In this document: piece after piece, positions 1 to 10,127 of the stretch
How the letters are laid out: the number at the start of each line of letters is the position of its first letter
How positions within the stretch are numbered: the stretch's first letter is position 1
DNA from: an uncultured Chromatiaceae bacterium
Lineage (GTDB): Bacteria; Pseudomonadota; Gammaproteobacteria; Tenderiales; Tenderiaceae
Assembly: GCA_945787735.1 (NCBI GenBank)
Contig: CALZIQ010000003.1
Coordinates: 9,513-73,512 of the forward strand
Direction of reading: 5' to 3'
DNA: 64,000 nucleotides
Notes under the pieces: model-generated
Told to the model about the DNA's origin: nothing
The model's database searches: none
What the model saw: only the letters and a program-made list of their open reading frames with translations
Position numbers and translations under genes: made by a program

Positions 1-1485
1 GCCTTGGAAGAACTGGGTCCGCTGTTCGTTAAGTTTGGCCAGATCCTCTCCACTCGCCGTGATCTGTTGCCGGATGATATCGCTGATGAGCTGGCCCGCT
101 TGCAGGATCGGGTGCCGCCCTTTCCGGGCTCACAGGCGCGCCAACTGATCGAGCAGGCTTACAAGCAGCCGATCCACGAAGTGTTTGCCGAGTTTGATGA
201 AACGCCATTGGCCTCGGCCTCCATCGCCCAGGTTCATGCTGCCCGCCTGCTCGATGGCACCGAGGTAGTGGTCAAGGTGGTGCGGCCCGGTATCAAGCGC
301 ATCATCGAACGTGACGTGAGTCTACTTTATATTGTTGCCAGTTTGGCCGAGCGTTATTGGAGAGAAGGACGGCGTCTGCGTCCAGTCGAGGTCGTGAGCG
401 AATATGAAAAGACCATCCTCGACGAACTGGACCTGATGCGCGAGGCGGCCAATGCCTCGCAGCTGAGGCGTAATTTTCTTGGTTCACCACTACTCTACAT
501 TCCCGAGGTTCACTGGCCCCACTGTCGTCGTAATGTGATGGTGATGGAACGTATCGCCGGTATCCCCGTTGGTAATGTGGATGAGTTGCGTCGACAGAAT
601 GTGGACCTCAAGCAGTTGTCCGAGCGCGGGGTGGAAATCTTTTTCACCCAGGTGTTCAAACACAACTTTTTTCACGCCGACATGCACCCGGGTAATATCT
701 TTGTTTCGCCTCAAGGGCAATACCTGGCGGTGGATTTCGGCATCATGGGGGCGCTCAGCCCGGAAGATCAGCGCTATCTGGCCGAGAATTTTCTCGCCTT
801 TTTTAATCGTGATTATCACCGTGTGGCCGAGTTGCATGTGGAGTCAGAATGGGTGCCGAGCAATACGCGCATCGATGAGTTCGAGGCGGCCATACGCACT
901 GTGTGTGAACCGATCTTCGAGCGGCCTTTGAGTGAGATATCGTTTGGTCATTTGTTGCTACGCCTGTTTCAGACGGCACGCCGTTTTAACATGGAGATTC
1001 AGCCGCAGTTGGTGTTGTTGCAAAAGACCCTGCTAAACATCGAGGGTTTGGGCCGACAGCTCTATCCTGATCTCGATCTGTGGCAGACCGCGAAACCTTT
1101 TCTGGAACGCTGGACGAGTGAGCAGTTGGGTCCGCGTGCCTTGCTGAAAAATCTTAAGGCTCATCTGCCACTGTGGGCAGAGACCCTGCCCCAATTACCC
1201 ACGTTGCTTCACGACGTTGCCAAGCGTGCCCAGCAAGGTGAGTTGGAGTTGCAATGGCGCTCGGATGAAATTGCCAAGCTTAGGCATGAGGTCAAGCGCG
1301 CCAACCGGCGCAGCTTTGCCGCCATTACTGCCGCAGGGCTGATGATTTCTGCCGCCGTTATCCTGGGTTTAGACGGTTATGCACCGCGCATGTTGGCCGA
1401 TGCGCCGCTGGTGACTTGGATGCTGGGTGGTCTTGCCCTTGTATTATTAATGGCTTACTGGCCTTCAGGCTCTGGGCGCGATTAG
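1..1485 (+). CDS. ubiB: UbiB (ABC1/aarF-family ubiquinone-biosynthesis kinase-like protein), 5'-truncated by the window edge
   Basis: The frame is open from nt 1. '[37 protein letters not shown]' is the conserved UbiB/ABC1 N-terminal block. Two C-terminal hydrophobic helices are present, as in UbiB. Confidence 0.9.
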   Translation, partial: ALEELGPLFVKFGQILSTRRDLLPDDIADELARLQDRVPPFPGSQARQLIEQAYKQPIHEVFAEFDETPLASASIAQVHAARLLDGTEVVVKVVRPGIKRIIERDVSLLYIVASLAERYWREGRRLRPVEVVSEYEKTILDELDLMREAANASQLRRNFLGSPLLYIPEVHWPHCRRNVMVMERIAGIPVGNVDELRRQNVDLKQLSERGVEIFFTQVFKHNFFHADMHPGNIFVSPQGQYLAVDFGIMGALSPEDQRYLAENFLAFFNRDYHRVAELHVESEWVPSNTRIDEFEAAIRTVCEPIFERPLSEISFGHLLLRLFQTARRFNMEIQPQLVLLQKTLLNIEGLGRQLYPDLDLWQTAKPFLERWTSEQLGPRALLKNLKAHLPLWAETLPQLPTLLHDVAKRAQQGELELQWRSDEIAKLRHEVKRANRRSFAAITAAGLMISAAVILGLDGYAPRMLADAPLVTWMLGGLALVLLMAYWPSGSGRD

Positions 1486-1550
1486 CTGTCGATGGGCTGG
1501 CAATATTTTTGCTATTGTCATGTTTATTCAGATCATATTGAGAGTTTCCG

Positions 1551-2390
1551 TTGAGTGTTATGTGGCTATTCGCAACCTATGAAGTCAGATTGCCTAAGCC
1601 GGTTCTGTTGAAGTCGGCGTCGGGCGATCCCGTTGTGATGTCGGTTAACCTCAAGGGTTGGGAATCGGAAGTGATGTTGATTCCCAATACCCGTCTTGGC
1701 AGGATCAAGCAGCCTCGCGATGGTGCCTGGTATCACCCTGTTTCGCAGCTGGAGATCACCGTAGTGCGCGATGGTGAGCTGGGTGACGAGATGGTTCATG
1801 CTGAGGCAGCCAAGGCCTTGGTTGAGCGTCTGCTGGTCTTCCTGCAATTCAAGCTCTGGAACTCGCTCTTCAGCGCGATTGAAAAATACCAGCATTATTT
1901 CAGCCTCGACGGTGCTGATCGTGATCAGATTGATTCAATTAAATTAATGCCGCCGCAGCTGGACTTGGTGTCTGATTATGCGCAACAAAACATGCGCGAC
2001 TACATGAGTGAATATTTCAGTAATTCACTGAGTCAGGGGTTGCTGCAAGATGCGGCGATTTCAATTGCTCATAAACGTAATCGACGTGCCTGCCTAGAGC
2101 TGGCCATGGCTTGTGAAACCGCGCTGGGTATGCGGCTGGACGAGGCGGCCCAGGTTAAGGCCTGTATGGGAACGATATTCAAGAATAAACACAGTCAGGC
2201 CTATGAGGAAATTCTTTCTTTGTTCCAGATGCGCGATGCCCTGAAGCAGGGCAGTGGAGGCATGTTCAAGTTTATTTCTACAGCCAAAAGACAGGCCATG
2301 GAGCAGGATTTGACCCGCTGGCAAGGTGCTGTAGAATGTTTGACAGATTGGCTAATCGCAATGGATAAAGGATTGCAGGAAGCGCAGTAA
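1551..2390 (+). CDS. Hypothetical protein (279 aa); no family recognised by eye
   Basis: Long ORF (TTG 1551 or ATG 1560) with composition like its neighbours. A strong intrinsic terminator follows 45 nt downstream. The N-terminal third looks beta-rich and the C-terminal two thirds helical. Confidence 0.6.
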   Translation: MSVMWLFATYEVRLPKPVLLKSASGDPVVMSVNLKGWESEVMLIPNTRLGRIKQPRDGAWYHPVSQLEITVVRDGELGDEMVHAEAAKALVERLLVFLQFKLWNSLFSAIEKYQHYFSLDGADRDQIDSIKLMPPQLDLVSDYAQQNMRDYMSEYFSNSLSQGLLQDAAISIAHKRNRRACLELAMACETALGMRLDEAAQVKACMGTIFKNKHSQAYEEILSLFQMRDALKQGSGGMFKFISTAKRQAMEQDLTRWQGAVECLTDWLIAMDKGLQEAQ

Positions 2391-2435
2391 TTAATAACAA
2401 GGGGTGGATTGTAATTCCGCCAGGGAAGGTATCTT

Positions 2436-2462
2436 AAGCCGCTCAATGAGCGGCTTTTTTAT
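2436..2462 (+). terminator. Rho-independent terminator after the orphan ORF
   Basis: Perfect 9-bp stem AAGCCGCTC-aat-GAGCGGCTT followed by TTTTTTAT. Confidence 0.75.
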
Positions 2463-2507
2463 TACCTGATTATTGTTTTCCGTGTGTTGGCCTGGGTCTG
2501 AGCGGGC

Positions 2508-3062
2508 TTATCTGAGTAGCGCTTGTTCAACCTGGTCCCTTAAGGTTTTACCGCCTAGGGCCTCAATCAGGCTTAGTGCGAAATCCAGTGCAGTGCCAGG
2601 TCCACGGCTAGTGATGATCTTGCCGTCGATAGTGACAGGCTCGCCGCTGAAGTTCATGCCAGGGATGTCCATTTTATCGAGCGTGCCGGGATAGCTGGTG
2701 GCGCGCTTGCCTTCCAGCACGCCAGCGCGGGCCAATGCCCTGGGGGCGGCGCAGATAGCGCAAATATATTTGTCTACAGCGGCCATTTGCTGAATGAGTT
2801 TGATGATGCGTTCGTCATCGTTGAGGTGGTCTGCACCAGGCAGGCCGCCGGGCAGAACAAGCATGTCGTAGTCTGATGCGAGTGCTTGGTCCAGGGTTGT
2901 GTCGGGCAGCAGAGTGGTACCGCGGCTGGCTGTGATTGGACTCAGCTCCGCTTCAAGACCGGCGACGGTGACATTGATCTGGGCGCGACGCAGCAGGTCG
3001 ATGATGGTGACGGCCTCCAGTTCTTCGCATCCCTGTGCCAGTGGCACGAGTACGTTTGCCAT
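2508..3062 (-). CDS. yajL: DJ-1/PfpI-family protein (YajL-like deglycase/chaperone)
   Basis: Collinear with E. coli YajL by eye: 'GCEELEAVTIIDLL', 'LVLPGG', nucleophile elbow 'AICAAP', 'TSRGPGTALDFAL'. Confidence 0.85.
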   Translation of the reverse strand: MANVLVPLAQGCEELEAVTIIDLLRRAQINVTVAGLEAELSPITASRGTTLLPDTTLDQALASDYDMLVLPGGLPGADHLNDDERIIKLIQQMAAVDKYICAICAAPRALARAGVLEGKRATSYPGTLDKMDIPGMNFSGEPVTIDGKIITSRGPGTALDFALSLIEALGGKTLRDQVEQALLR

Positions 3063-3084
3063 TGTGCTCTCCTTAAAGTGCTTG

Positions 3085-3726
3085 TTAAAAGCTCAAATCG
3101 AGCTGCTCCTGATCAAGTTGATCGTAGATTGGGTGTTGGTTTTGGCTGCGTGCTAATGGGTTGAGCTGGTGTTCCTGGCAGTTGTTAATGTCGATCAGAT
3201 GAATGATACGCCAGTGATTCAATAGCAGGTAGTCGGCAATCATACTGCGGTGGCATTGGCAGGGCGCGCGTTCGGCGCACATGATTGCGACCTTGTTGTT
3301 GCGGGCAAGGCTGGTCAAGCGTTGAATGCCTTGCAGAAATGTCGGGCTGGCCATGTGATCGGCATAGCCACGAAAGCCGTCTGTTGCCAGGGCCGTGTGG
3401 GGTGAATCAGTCTTGTCACGGCGTAGGCCGCCCAGCTCATGTCCAAACCAGGCATAGGCGATTTTTTCTTCTTCTAGGGCCGGGCTTAAAGTGTTGCGGT
3501 TAAAAACAGGAACGCGGCGTGAGCCTGGGTGGCTGCGTACATCGATCAGTTGTTCGATGTTGTAGCTGTGCAGCACATCAAGAAAATTATCCAGGCTACG
3601 GTTGCTGTGCCCAATGGTGAAGAGTGTTCCTGCCTCGTTGTTTGGGGTGTTTGTTTCGGCCACGTGTGCGAGTGCCTTGTTTGTCGATTCGGGTGATAAA
3701 AAAACAATTCTAAGGCCTTTCGTCAT
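3085..3726 (-). CDS. DUF488-family protein
   Basis: 'TIGHSNRSLDNFLDVLHSYNIEQLIDVRSHPGSRR' and the C-terminal 'CAERAPCQCHRSMI' motif are typical of DUF488. Confidence 0.75.
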   Translation of the reverse strand: MTKGLRIVFLSPESTNKALAHVAETNTPNNEAGTLFTIGHSNRSLDNFLDVLHSYNIEQLIDVRSHPGSRRVPVFNRNTLSPALEEEKIAYAWFGHELGGLRRDKTDSPHTALATDGFRGYADHMASPTFLQGIQRLTSLARNNKVAIMCAERAPCQCHRSMIADYLLLNHWRIIHLIDINNCQEHQLNPLARSQNQHPIYDQLDQEQLDLSF

Positions 3727-3767
3727 GCGCTATCAAACCCTAGAAAAGGTGGAAAATCCGCCAATTA

Positions 3768-3805
3768 ATTGTCGTTTTTCGCCAATCAATTGGCGCGACA
3801 GTCAA
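3768..3805. promoter_or_regulatory. Two copies of CGCCAAT[T/C]AATTG (operator-like), 42-79 nt upstream of the DUF488 start
   Basis: CCGCCAATTAATTG lies at 3768-3781. CGCCAATCAATTGGCG at 3790-3805 has 7-bp palindromic arms. Spacing between the copies is 22 bp. Confidence 0.3.
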
Positions 3806-3823
3806 TAAAATGGCGTTCAGAGT

Positions 3824-3856
3824 CAAAAAAATAGGGCATTTTTGCAAATGCCCTAT
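3824..3856 (-). terminator. Rho-independent terminator of the gpmI-envC-ctpA-yibQ unit
   Basis: On the minus strand: ATAGGGCATTT-gcaa-AAATGCCCTAT followed by TTTTTTT. It lies about 90 nt after the yibQ stop. Confidence 0.75.
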
Positions 3857-3946
3857 GAAGGAGGGTAGGAAGAGATGACTACAGTGCCTTAAAGAAAGAC
3901 ACTGTTATTTTTTTAGCACATAGTGTGCCAGGTTATGCGGTTTGGT

Positions 3947-4831
3947 CTAATGAGTGTGGTGCTGGTGGATAATGCCGGCGTCGATTTCAGCTGTGTTGGT
4001 GTTGAAAACCAGCGGGCCGGGTACCTCCGCTGGAGGAGTATCCTCTGCCATTCGAAGTTTGACCGAAGGGTGTACCAGCTGGCTAGCTGGAACCAGTTCG
4101 ATACCCAGGTCATTAAGCTGGGGCAGCATGACAGTCAGTATCTTCAGGGTGCTGTCATAGGGATGGCCGATACCAATTGCGCTGCCATATTCGCTGGCTT
4201 TTTTAATTAGACGTTGGAACTGCATGACAATTGCTTCCGGGCTGGGATCGTCATCTAGGAAGATATCGCGTTGGCGTGAGGGAATCTCTTGTTCCTTGGC
4301 GAGCTGGTCAGCGACGGTGTGGTGCGTCGTTCGACTGTCGATGAAATAGAGATTGCTGTCGAGCTGTTTAATCTCTTCCATTAGCCATTGCATGTGGCCA
4401 GGGTGGCGGGTTAATAGGCTGCCCATGTGGTTATTGATGCCGGCGACGTGGGGGATGGTGGCTAAGCTGCTGTGCAGTGTTTTGCGAAACTGGCTGTGGC
4501 TCATGTCCAGTGTCAGGGCGCCGGGGCCGAGTTGGTTGGCGCCCATGGCCTGCATGGGGAGGTGTAGCATCACTTCCTTGCCCTGCGCATGTGCGGTGTT
4601 AGCAAGTAAGCGACTGTAAGGCGTGTGAGGCAAAAAGGCGTATGTAACCGGGCCAGGAAGCTGTATGGCGTTCAAGCCTGCCTGGCGTTGATCTCCCATG
4701 TCATCAATGATGATGCTTATGCGTGGCGCTGTTTCGCTCTGCGCGTGTGCGGTAAAGATAAAGAAAAACAGTGCAGCACACCCGAATGCACGGGTGAAAA
4801 GGCTGCGCTGTATGTCAGACGTTAACGGCAA
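3947..4831 (-). CDS. yibQ: Divergent polysaccharide deacetylase family protein (YibQ-like)
   Basis: Signal peptide followed by 'ISIIIDDMGD...LPGPVTYAFLPHTPY...HLPM', and a conserved position after envC/ctpA. Confidence 0.85.
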   Translation of the reverse strand: MPLTSDIQRSLFTRAFGCAALFFFIFTAHAQSETAPRISIIIDDMGDQRQAGLNAIQLPGPVTYAFLPHTPYSRLLANTAHAQGKEVMLHLPMQAMGANQLGPGALTLDMSHSQFRKTLHSSLATIPHVAGINNHMGSLLTRHPGHMQWLMEEIKQLDSNLYFIDSRTTHHTVADQLAKEQEIPSRQRDIFLDDDPSPEAIVMQFQRLIKKASEYGSAIGIGHPYDSTLKILTVMLPQLNDLGIELVPASQLVHPSVKLRMAEDTPPAEVPGPLVFNTNTAEIDAGIIHQHHTH

Positions 4832-4834
4832 TGT

Positions 4835-6160
4835 TTATCTTTTTAATATCTCCAACCCTTTGAGCAGGTTCAATGCTTCGTAGAGCTGGTAGTCTTTTTT
4901 GACCAAGGGTTCTTCTTCTGTTGTCTCATCGGCTGTTTCTTCGTTTTCCTGATCGCTGTCTTCCGTTTCACCGTTGCCATTCTCAAGGTGCCGTGACAGA
5001 TTGGCTTCCTTGATGGGTTCAAAGGCTGATGCTTCGAGTTCGGCCAGCTTTACATTTTCCAGCTTAATATCAGGCACGATGCCTTCGGCCTGAATAGATC
5101 GCCCGTTCGGTGTGTAATAGCGGGCGGTAGTAAGTTTGAGTGCGGCGCCGTTGTGCATAGGCAGGATGGTTTGAACTGAGCCTTTGCCAAAGGTTGTGTT
5201 ACCCATGATGATGGCGCGTTTGTGATCCTGCAGGGCACCGGCAACAATCTCGGATGCCGAGGCAGAACCGCCATTCACCAGCACTACGATCGGTGCGCCC
5301 TTTACGATGTCTGTAGGCGTGGCCTTAAATTTCATTTCGGAGTCATTTACCCGCCCTTCGGTGTAGACAATCAGGCCGTCCTCTAGAAAGGCGTCTGATA
5401 CGGCAACTGCGGCATTCAGCACGCCACCCGGGTTATTACGCAGGTCGAGGACCAGGCCTTTTAGATTGGCATCGTTTTCACGCTTAAGGTCACTAATTTT
5501 GTTGATCAGGTTTTCGCCGGTATTGGATTGGAACTGGGTAATGCGAATGTAGCCAAAACCGGGTTCAAGCATGCGGGATTTAACGCTGTTGACCTTGATT
5601 ACTGCGCGGATGATTTTGATCTTAAGTGGTTTGTCCGCGCCCTCACGCACTACGGTCAGCAGAATTTTGCTGCCGGGTTTGCCGCGCATCAGTTTTACTG
5701 ACTCGCCCAGGGTCAATCCTTTTACGGGTGTCTCGTCGATGCGGATGATCAGATCCCCAGCCTGCATGCCGGCACGTTGTGCCGGAGTGTCGTCGATAGG
5801 GGAGATGACTTTGACGAATCCATCTTCCATGCCGACTTCGATACCCAGGCCACCAAACTCACCACTGGTGCCGACCTGCAGTTCCTTGTAGGCCTCCGGG
5901 TCTAGATATGTCGAGTGAGGATCCAGGCCGGTTAGCATGCCGCGTATGGCATTTTCGAGCAGGTTGGAGTCTTCCGTGGGTTCCACATAGTCGGATTTGA
6001 TTTTGCCAAACACCTCTGTGAAGGTGCGAAGTTCATCCAGTGGTAGTGGTGTTTGTCTGATGTCGTCGCGTTCTGCCAATACGCCCTGACCAATGGTCAG
6101 TGAGACGCCCAGGATGAGACCGAGGCTGACAAGCAGAATGTTGCGCGTGGAAAAAATCAT
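4835..6160 (-). CDS. ctpA: Carboxy-terminal processing protease (S41 family, PDZ-containing)
   Basis: 'GGLGIEV', a PDZ segment, 'LDLRNNPGG', 'VLVNGGSASASEIVAGALQD' and 'GKGSVQT' are S41 hallmarks. Confidence 0.9.
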   Translation of the reverse strand: MIFSTRNILLVSLGLILGVSLTIGQGVLAERDDIRQTPLPLDELRTFTEVFGKIKSDYVEPTEDSNLLENAIRGMLTGLDPHSTYLDPEAYKELQVGTSGEFGGLGIEVGMEDGFVKVISPIDDTPAQRAGMQAGDLIIRIDETPVKGLTLGESVKLMRGKPGSKILLTVVREGADKPLKIKIIRAVIKVNSVKSRMLEPGFGYIRITQFQSNTGENLINKISDLKRENDANLKGLVLDLRNNPGGVLNAAVAVSDAFLEDGLIVYTEGRVNDSEMKFKATPTDIVKGAPIVVLVNGGSASASEIVAGALQDHKRAIIMGNTTFGKGSVQTILPMHNGAALKLTTARYYTPNGRSIQAEGIVPDIKLENVKLAELEASAFEPIKEANLSRHLENGNGETEDSDQENEETADETTEEEPLVKKDYQLYEALNLLKGLEILKR

Positions 6161-6250
6161 TCATGACTCCGTTTGAATTCGGTTGTATGGTCCCTTTATG
6201 TTAAGGGAGGATACTCTTTAATAACCTGCACTTACAAGGGTATGACAGCT

Positions 6251-7399
6251 TTATCGGCACCATGTTTCGGGGTTTATAGGTTTTCCCTTGTGACGCATTT
6301 CAAAATACAGACTGCTGGTGTTGTTGCCGCCGCTGTTGCCTAGCGAGGAAATGACCTCGTTGCTTGTTACGCTATCACCAACATCCTTATACAAACTCTG
6401 ATTGTGGCCATAAAGGCTCATGTAGCCATTGCCGTGATCGATGATCAACATCAGGCCATACCCTCGAATCCAGTCGGCAAAAACCACCCTGCCTGGTGCG
6501 ATGGTGCGGATGTCTTGTCCTTCATTGCCGCTGATGGTAATACCTTGCCATTTCATGCCGCCTTGGTTGCGTGGCTGACCATAGCGATTTTTTAAACGCC
6601 CTTTGGTTGGCCAGCTAAGCTTGCCTTTGAGTTTGCCTAGGTCGCTGAAATCTTTTATTGCAGGTGAGATATGTGGGGCAAGCCTTTTCAGTAGCGAGCC
6701 GAGAGCCTTTTCATCGCCGGACAGCTTTTTTAGTTGTTGTTCTTTGCTGTTGATCTCGGTATTGAGTTTGCTGAGAATGATTTTGCGATTCGCTTGTTGT
6801 TGCTGAAGTTCGCGAGCCTGTTGTTGTTGTTTGCTGTTCAGTTTTTCCAGCCGGGTGCTGCTCTCTTGCAGTCGCGTTTCAGCATTATTGAGTTGCTTGA
6901 TGCTGAGCTGGGTTTCTTTGACGGCGTTGAGCTGAGCGCGGGTGAAATAGCCGTAATAGGTCATGGTGCGTCCGGCTGCGCCTGGGTCGGTTTGGTTAAG
7001 TAGCATTTTCAGCGCTTGCTGCTGGCCAGCGCTATAGCCGGCACGCATTTGCCGGCTTAGGCTTTCTTGTTGTTTTGTGAGTTTTTGACGCAGTGCCTGA
7101 GTTTCGCTGACAAGTGTCCGCTGGGCTTTTTGCTGTTTGATAAGTTCTGCTCGAGTCTGGCGTTGCTTGCGGCTTAAGTCGGCGATCCGTTTTTCGGTTT
7201 TGCCGAGTTCCTTTTGGTGGCTGTGTTGTTGCTGTTTGTCGCTGCCGAGTTCATGTTTAAGTGTGCTTATGTCTTTGCGAAGTTGTTCAAGCTGCTGTTC
7301 CGAGGGTTGTTTGGCGGCGTAGACGTTTGATATGCACAACAGTCCCAAGGCAAGCGTCAATAGCCATGTCTGGATTGTTTGAAGGGTTTGTGTGTGCAA
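6251..7399 (-). CDS. envC: Murein hydrolase activator EnvC (coiled-coil + LytM/M23 domain)
   Basis: Signal peptide, a long Q/K/E-rich coiled coil and a C-terminal M23 domain ('GYGLMLIIDHGNGYMSLYGHN'). Synteny gpmI-envC. Confidence 0.85.
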   Translation of the reverse strand: MHTQTLQTIQTWLLTLALGLLCISNVYAAKQPSEQQLEQLRKDISTLKHELGSDKQQQHSHQKELGKTEKRIADLSRKQRQTRAELIKQQKAQRTLVSETQALRQKLTKQQESLSRQMRAGYSAGQQQALKMLLNQTDPGAAGRTMTYYGYFTRAQLNAVKETQLSIKQLNNAETRLQESSTRLEKLNSKQQQQARELQQQQANRKIILSKLNTEINSKEQQLKKLSGDEKALGSLLKRLAPHISPAIKDFSDLGKLKGKLSWPTKGRLKNRYGQPRNQGGMKWQGITISGNEGQDIRTIAPGRVVFADWIRGYGLMLIIDHGNGYMSLYGHNQSLYKDVGDSVTSNEVISSLGNSGGNNTSSLYFEMRHKGKPINPETWCR

Positions 7400-7466
7400 G
7401 CCGGGTGATTCGCTATCTGTTCATATTGTCGCAGATTATGAATCGGCCCGGATTGAGCGACAAGAA

Positions 7467-9020
7467 TTATTCGTCTTTGAGATGCATGAGAGGGTGGCCT
7501 CTCATGTTGGAGGGAATCTCTAGCCCCATCAGGTAAAGCATGGTGGGGGCGACATCCGCCAAGCTGCCCTGATTTTCATCGGAATCGGCTTCGCGGCCGA
7601 CGTAGACAAAGGGCACCACATTGCTAGTGTGGGCGGTGTGGGCCTGGCCGGAGCGTGTGTCGCACATTTGTTCGGCGTTGCCGTGATCGGCTGTGATCAA
7701 TGCCTCGCCCCCCACTTCCTTAAGGGTGTCGAGCACTTGGCCGAGGCAATGGTCAAGCGTTTCGACTGCTTTAACCGCGGCATTAAAGTTGCCGGTATGG
7801 CCGACCATGTCGGAGTTGGCGAAGTTGCAGATAATGGCGTCGTATTTATCGCTGCGAATGGCCTCGCATAACTTATCGGCGACCTCTTGGGCGCTCATCT
7901 CAGGCTTGAGATCGTAGGTGGCGACATCAGGGGATGGCACTAAGATGCGGTCTTCGCCGGGAAATGCAGTTTCATCACCGCCATTAAAAAAGAAAGTGAC
8001 GTGGGCATATTTTTCGGTTTCGGCGATGCGCAATTGATGCAGGCCGATGCTGGAGATGTATTCGCCGAAGCTGTTGTCGATGTGCTCTGCTGGAAAAGCC
8101 ACTGGAATGTGGAAATCCTTGTTGTATTCGGTCAGGCTGATAAATCTGGCCAGTTTGGGTTTTGCTGCGCGCTCAAACCCATCAAAGTTGTCTTCAATGA
8201 AGGGGCGGGTGATCTGGCGAGCGCGATCCGAGCGATAGTTCATAAACACAACCACATCGCCATCGTTGATAGTGACGGGCTGGCCGCCTTCGGGGACGAT
8301 GGCTGTTGCCTTGATGAATTCGTCGGTTTCATTGCGTTCGTAGGCCATTTCGAGTCCTGCTATGGCACTGGGGGCGCTAAATTCGCCTTTGCCCAGGGTC
8401 ATTAGGTCGTAGGCTGCCTGAATGCGGGGCCAGCGGTGGTCGCGGTCCATGGCGTAATAACGGCCGATAATCGAGGCGATGCAGCCATGGCCGAGTTCGC
8501 TGAAGACGTTTTCCATCGCCTCAAGCGAAGCAGCAGCGCTTTTAGGCGGTGTATCGCGGCCATCGAGAAAGGCGTGTAGATATACGTCTTTGGCGCCGCG
8601 CTCAACTGCCAATTTGGCAAAGGCCTGGATATGCTCTTCATGGCTGTGTACACCGCCGGGAGAAAGCAGTCCCAGGATGTGGATGGCCTTGCCGGTTTCA
8701 ACGGCCGCATCAACTGCCTGGGTCAGGGTGTTGTTGCTGAAAAATGAGCCAGTTTTGATGGAGCGACTAATGCGGGTGAATTCCTGATAGACTACCCGGC
8801 CGGCGCCCAGGTTCAGGTGGCCGACTTCCGAATTTCCCATTTGAGAGGCCGGTAGGCCAACCTCAGGGCCGGAACAGCTCAAGAAGGTGTGAGGATACTC
8901 TGTCCATACCCGATCCCAGACCGGAGTATTGGCATGGTAGATGGCGTTGGAGTCCGATTCTTCACTGTAACCCCAGCCATCAAGGATGATCAGGGTCATG
9001 GGCTTTGCTAATTCCGGCAT
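7467..9020 (-). CDS. gpmI: 2,3-bisphosphoglycerate-independent phosphoglycerate mutase
   Basis: 'LIILDGWG', '[13 protein letters not shown]', 'GGVHSH' and 'TADHGNAE' motifs; full length of about 515 aa. Confidence 0.95.
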   Translation of the reverse strand: MPELAKPMTLIILDGWGYSEESDSNAIYHANTPVWDRVWTEYPHTFLSCSGPEVGLPASQMGNSEVGHLNLGAGRVVYQEFTRISRSIKTGSFFSNNTLTQAVDAAVETGKAIHILGLLSPGGVHSHEEHIQAFAKLAVERGAKDVYLHAFLDGRDTPPKSAAASLEAMENVFSELGHGCIASIIGRYYAMDRDHRWPRIQAAYDLMTLGKGEFSAPSAIAGLEMAYERNETDEFIKATAIVPEGGQPVTINDGDVVVFMNYRSDRARQITRPFIEDNFDGFERAAKPKLARFISLTEYNKDFHIPVAFPAEHIDNSFGEYISSIGLHQLRIAETEKYAHVTFFFNGGDETAFPGEDRILVPSPDVATYDLKPEMSAQEVADKLCEAIRSDKYDAIICNFANSDMVGHTGNFNAAVKAVETLDHCLGQVLDTLKEVGGEALITADHGNAEQMCDTRSGQAHTAHTSNVVPFVYVGREADSDENQGSLADVAPTMLYLMGLEIPSNMRGHPLMHLKDE

Positions 9021-9295
9021 GGTTTCCTAGTATTGTCAGGAGGTTTAAATATATGTTCGGCCTGGTAACTGAATAAGTGCACCGGCCGCGGGGCACATAT
9101 TATGTCATCAAGTGCGGCTTCTTGATAGTGTCTGCTTCTCAAAATTGAAGGCGGATTATTAATTAATTAGTTAGAAATGAAATTGTATAGTGTTTTTTTG
9201 GAAACAAAAACCGTATAATTCCAACGGCCTAAGGATGTTTGGGTGCGGGTGGATATTGGCTAGTGGGCAGTCATACTGATTTTGGGGTGAACCAT

Positions 9296-9613
9296 ATGAT
9301 GCAGTTAGAGAGCGAAGACTTATTAGAGAAGGATGAAGATATTGATCTGGCAGCGCGTGCGCTCAAGGCAATGTCTCATCCGATACGTTTAAAAATACTG
9401 TGTACTTTGAGTGACGGAGAAGTGAGCGTGCAGGACATTGTTGAAAATGTCGGCACGTCGCAAAGCAACATCTCTCAGCACTTGGCCATTTTGCGGGATA
9501 AAGGCATTCTGTCATCACGGAAAGATGCGAATCGTGTATATTATCGCGTCGGTGATCATAGGACTCTGCGCCTAATAAGCATGATGAAACAGCTGTTTTG
9601 CGACATTGAATAA
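9296..9613 (+). CDS. ArsR/SmtB-family transcriptional regulator of the BigR/SqrR/YgaV (two-cysteine) type
   Basis: 'HPIRLKILCTL' plus the wHTH 'VGTSQSNISQHLAILRDKG'. Cys36 and Cys102 are 66 residues apart. Start chosen at ATG 9296 (GGGGTG 6 nt upstream); the track ORF starts at TTG 9239. Confidence 0.8.
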   Translation: MMQLESEDLLEKDEDIDLAARALKAMSHPIRLKILCTLSDGEVSVQDIVENVGTSQSNISQHLAILRDKGILSSRKDANRVYYRVGDHRTLRLISMMKQLFCDIE

Positions 9614-9673
9614 CGTCGTCCTAGCTGGCGACGATCTCCAGGAATAACCAGAAGTAAGGGTAGAATCTACGCC

Positions 9674-10099
9674 ATGGGGCAGTATTTAGAATTTGCGGGT
9701 AATCACCCGTTTTTGATGACCGCGCTGATTCTTGTGAGCACCTTGTTGGTGATGAGTGGTTTTCAGCGCAAGCTGTTGGGGTTTAGTGAACTGGGTGTTA
9801 ACGATGCAGTGCGTCTAATTAATCATGAAGATGCGATTGTGTTGGATGTGCGCGAAGACAAAGAGTTTCGTGAGGGACACATCGTTAATTCTGTCAATAT
9901 CCCTCTGGGTGTGCTGGAAGGCCGCCTGAAAGAACTTGAAGATAGCAAGGAAAAACCAGTTATCGTCTACTGCCGTACCGGTCAGCGCGCGGCCAAGGCG
10001 GGTGCAGTGCTGCAGCGGCAGGGTTTTAAATCCACTCACAAGCTCAAAGGCGGTATGTTGGCATGGGTAGATGCCAATATGCCTGTCAGTCGCAAATAA
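9674..10099 (+). CDS. yibN: Membrane-anchored single-domain rhodanese (YibN-like) with an intact active-site loop
   Basis: N-terminal TM helix. Collinear with E. coli YibN ('[21 protein letters not shown]') but retains the catalytic loop 'CRTGQR'. Confidence 0.85.
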   Translation: MGQYLEFAGNHPFLMTALILVSTLLVMSGFQRKLLGFSELGVNDAVRLINHEDAIVLDVREDKEFREGHIVNSVNIPLGVLEGRLKELEDSKEKPVIVYCRTGQRAAKAGAVLQRQGFKSTHKLKGGMLAWVDANMPVSRK

Positions 10100-10127
10100 C
10101 TACGATCAAACTACACGGGATAGAATT

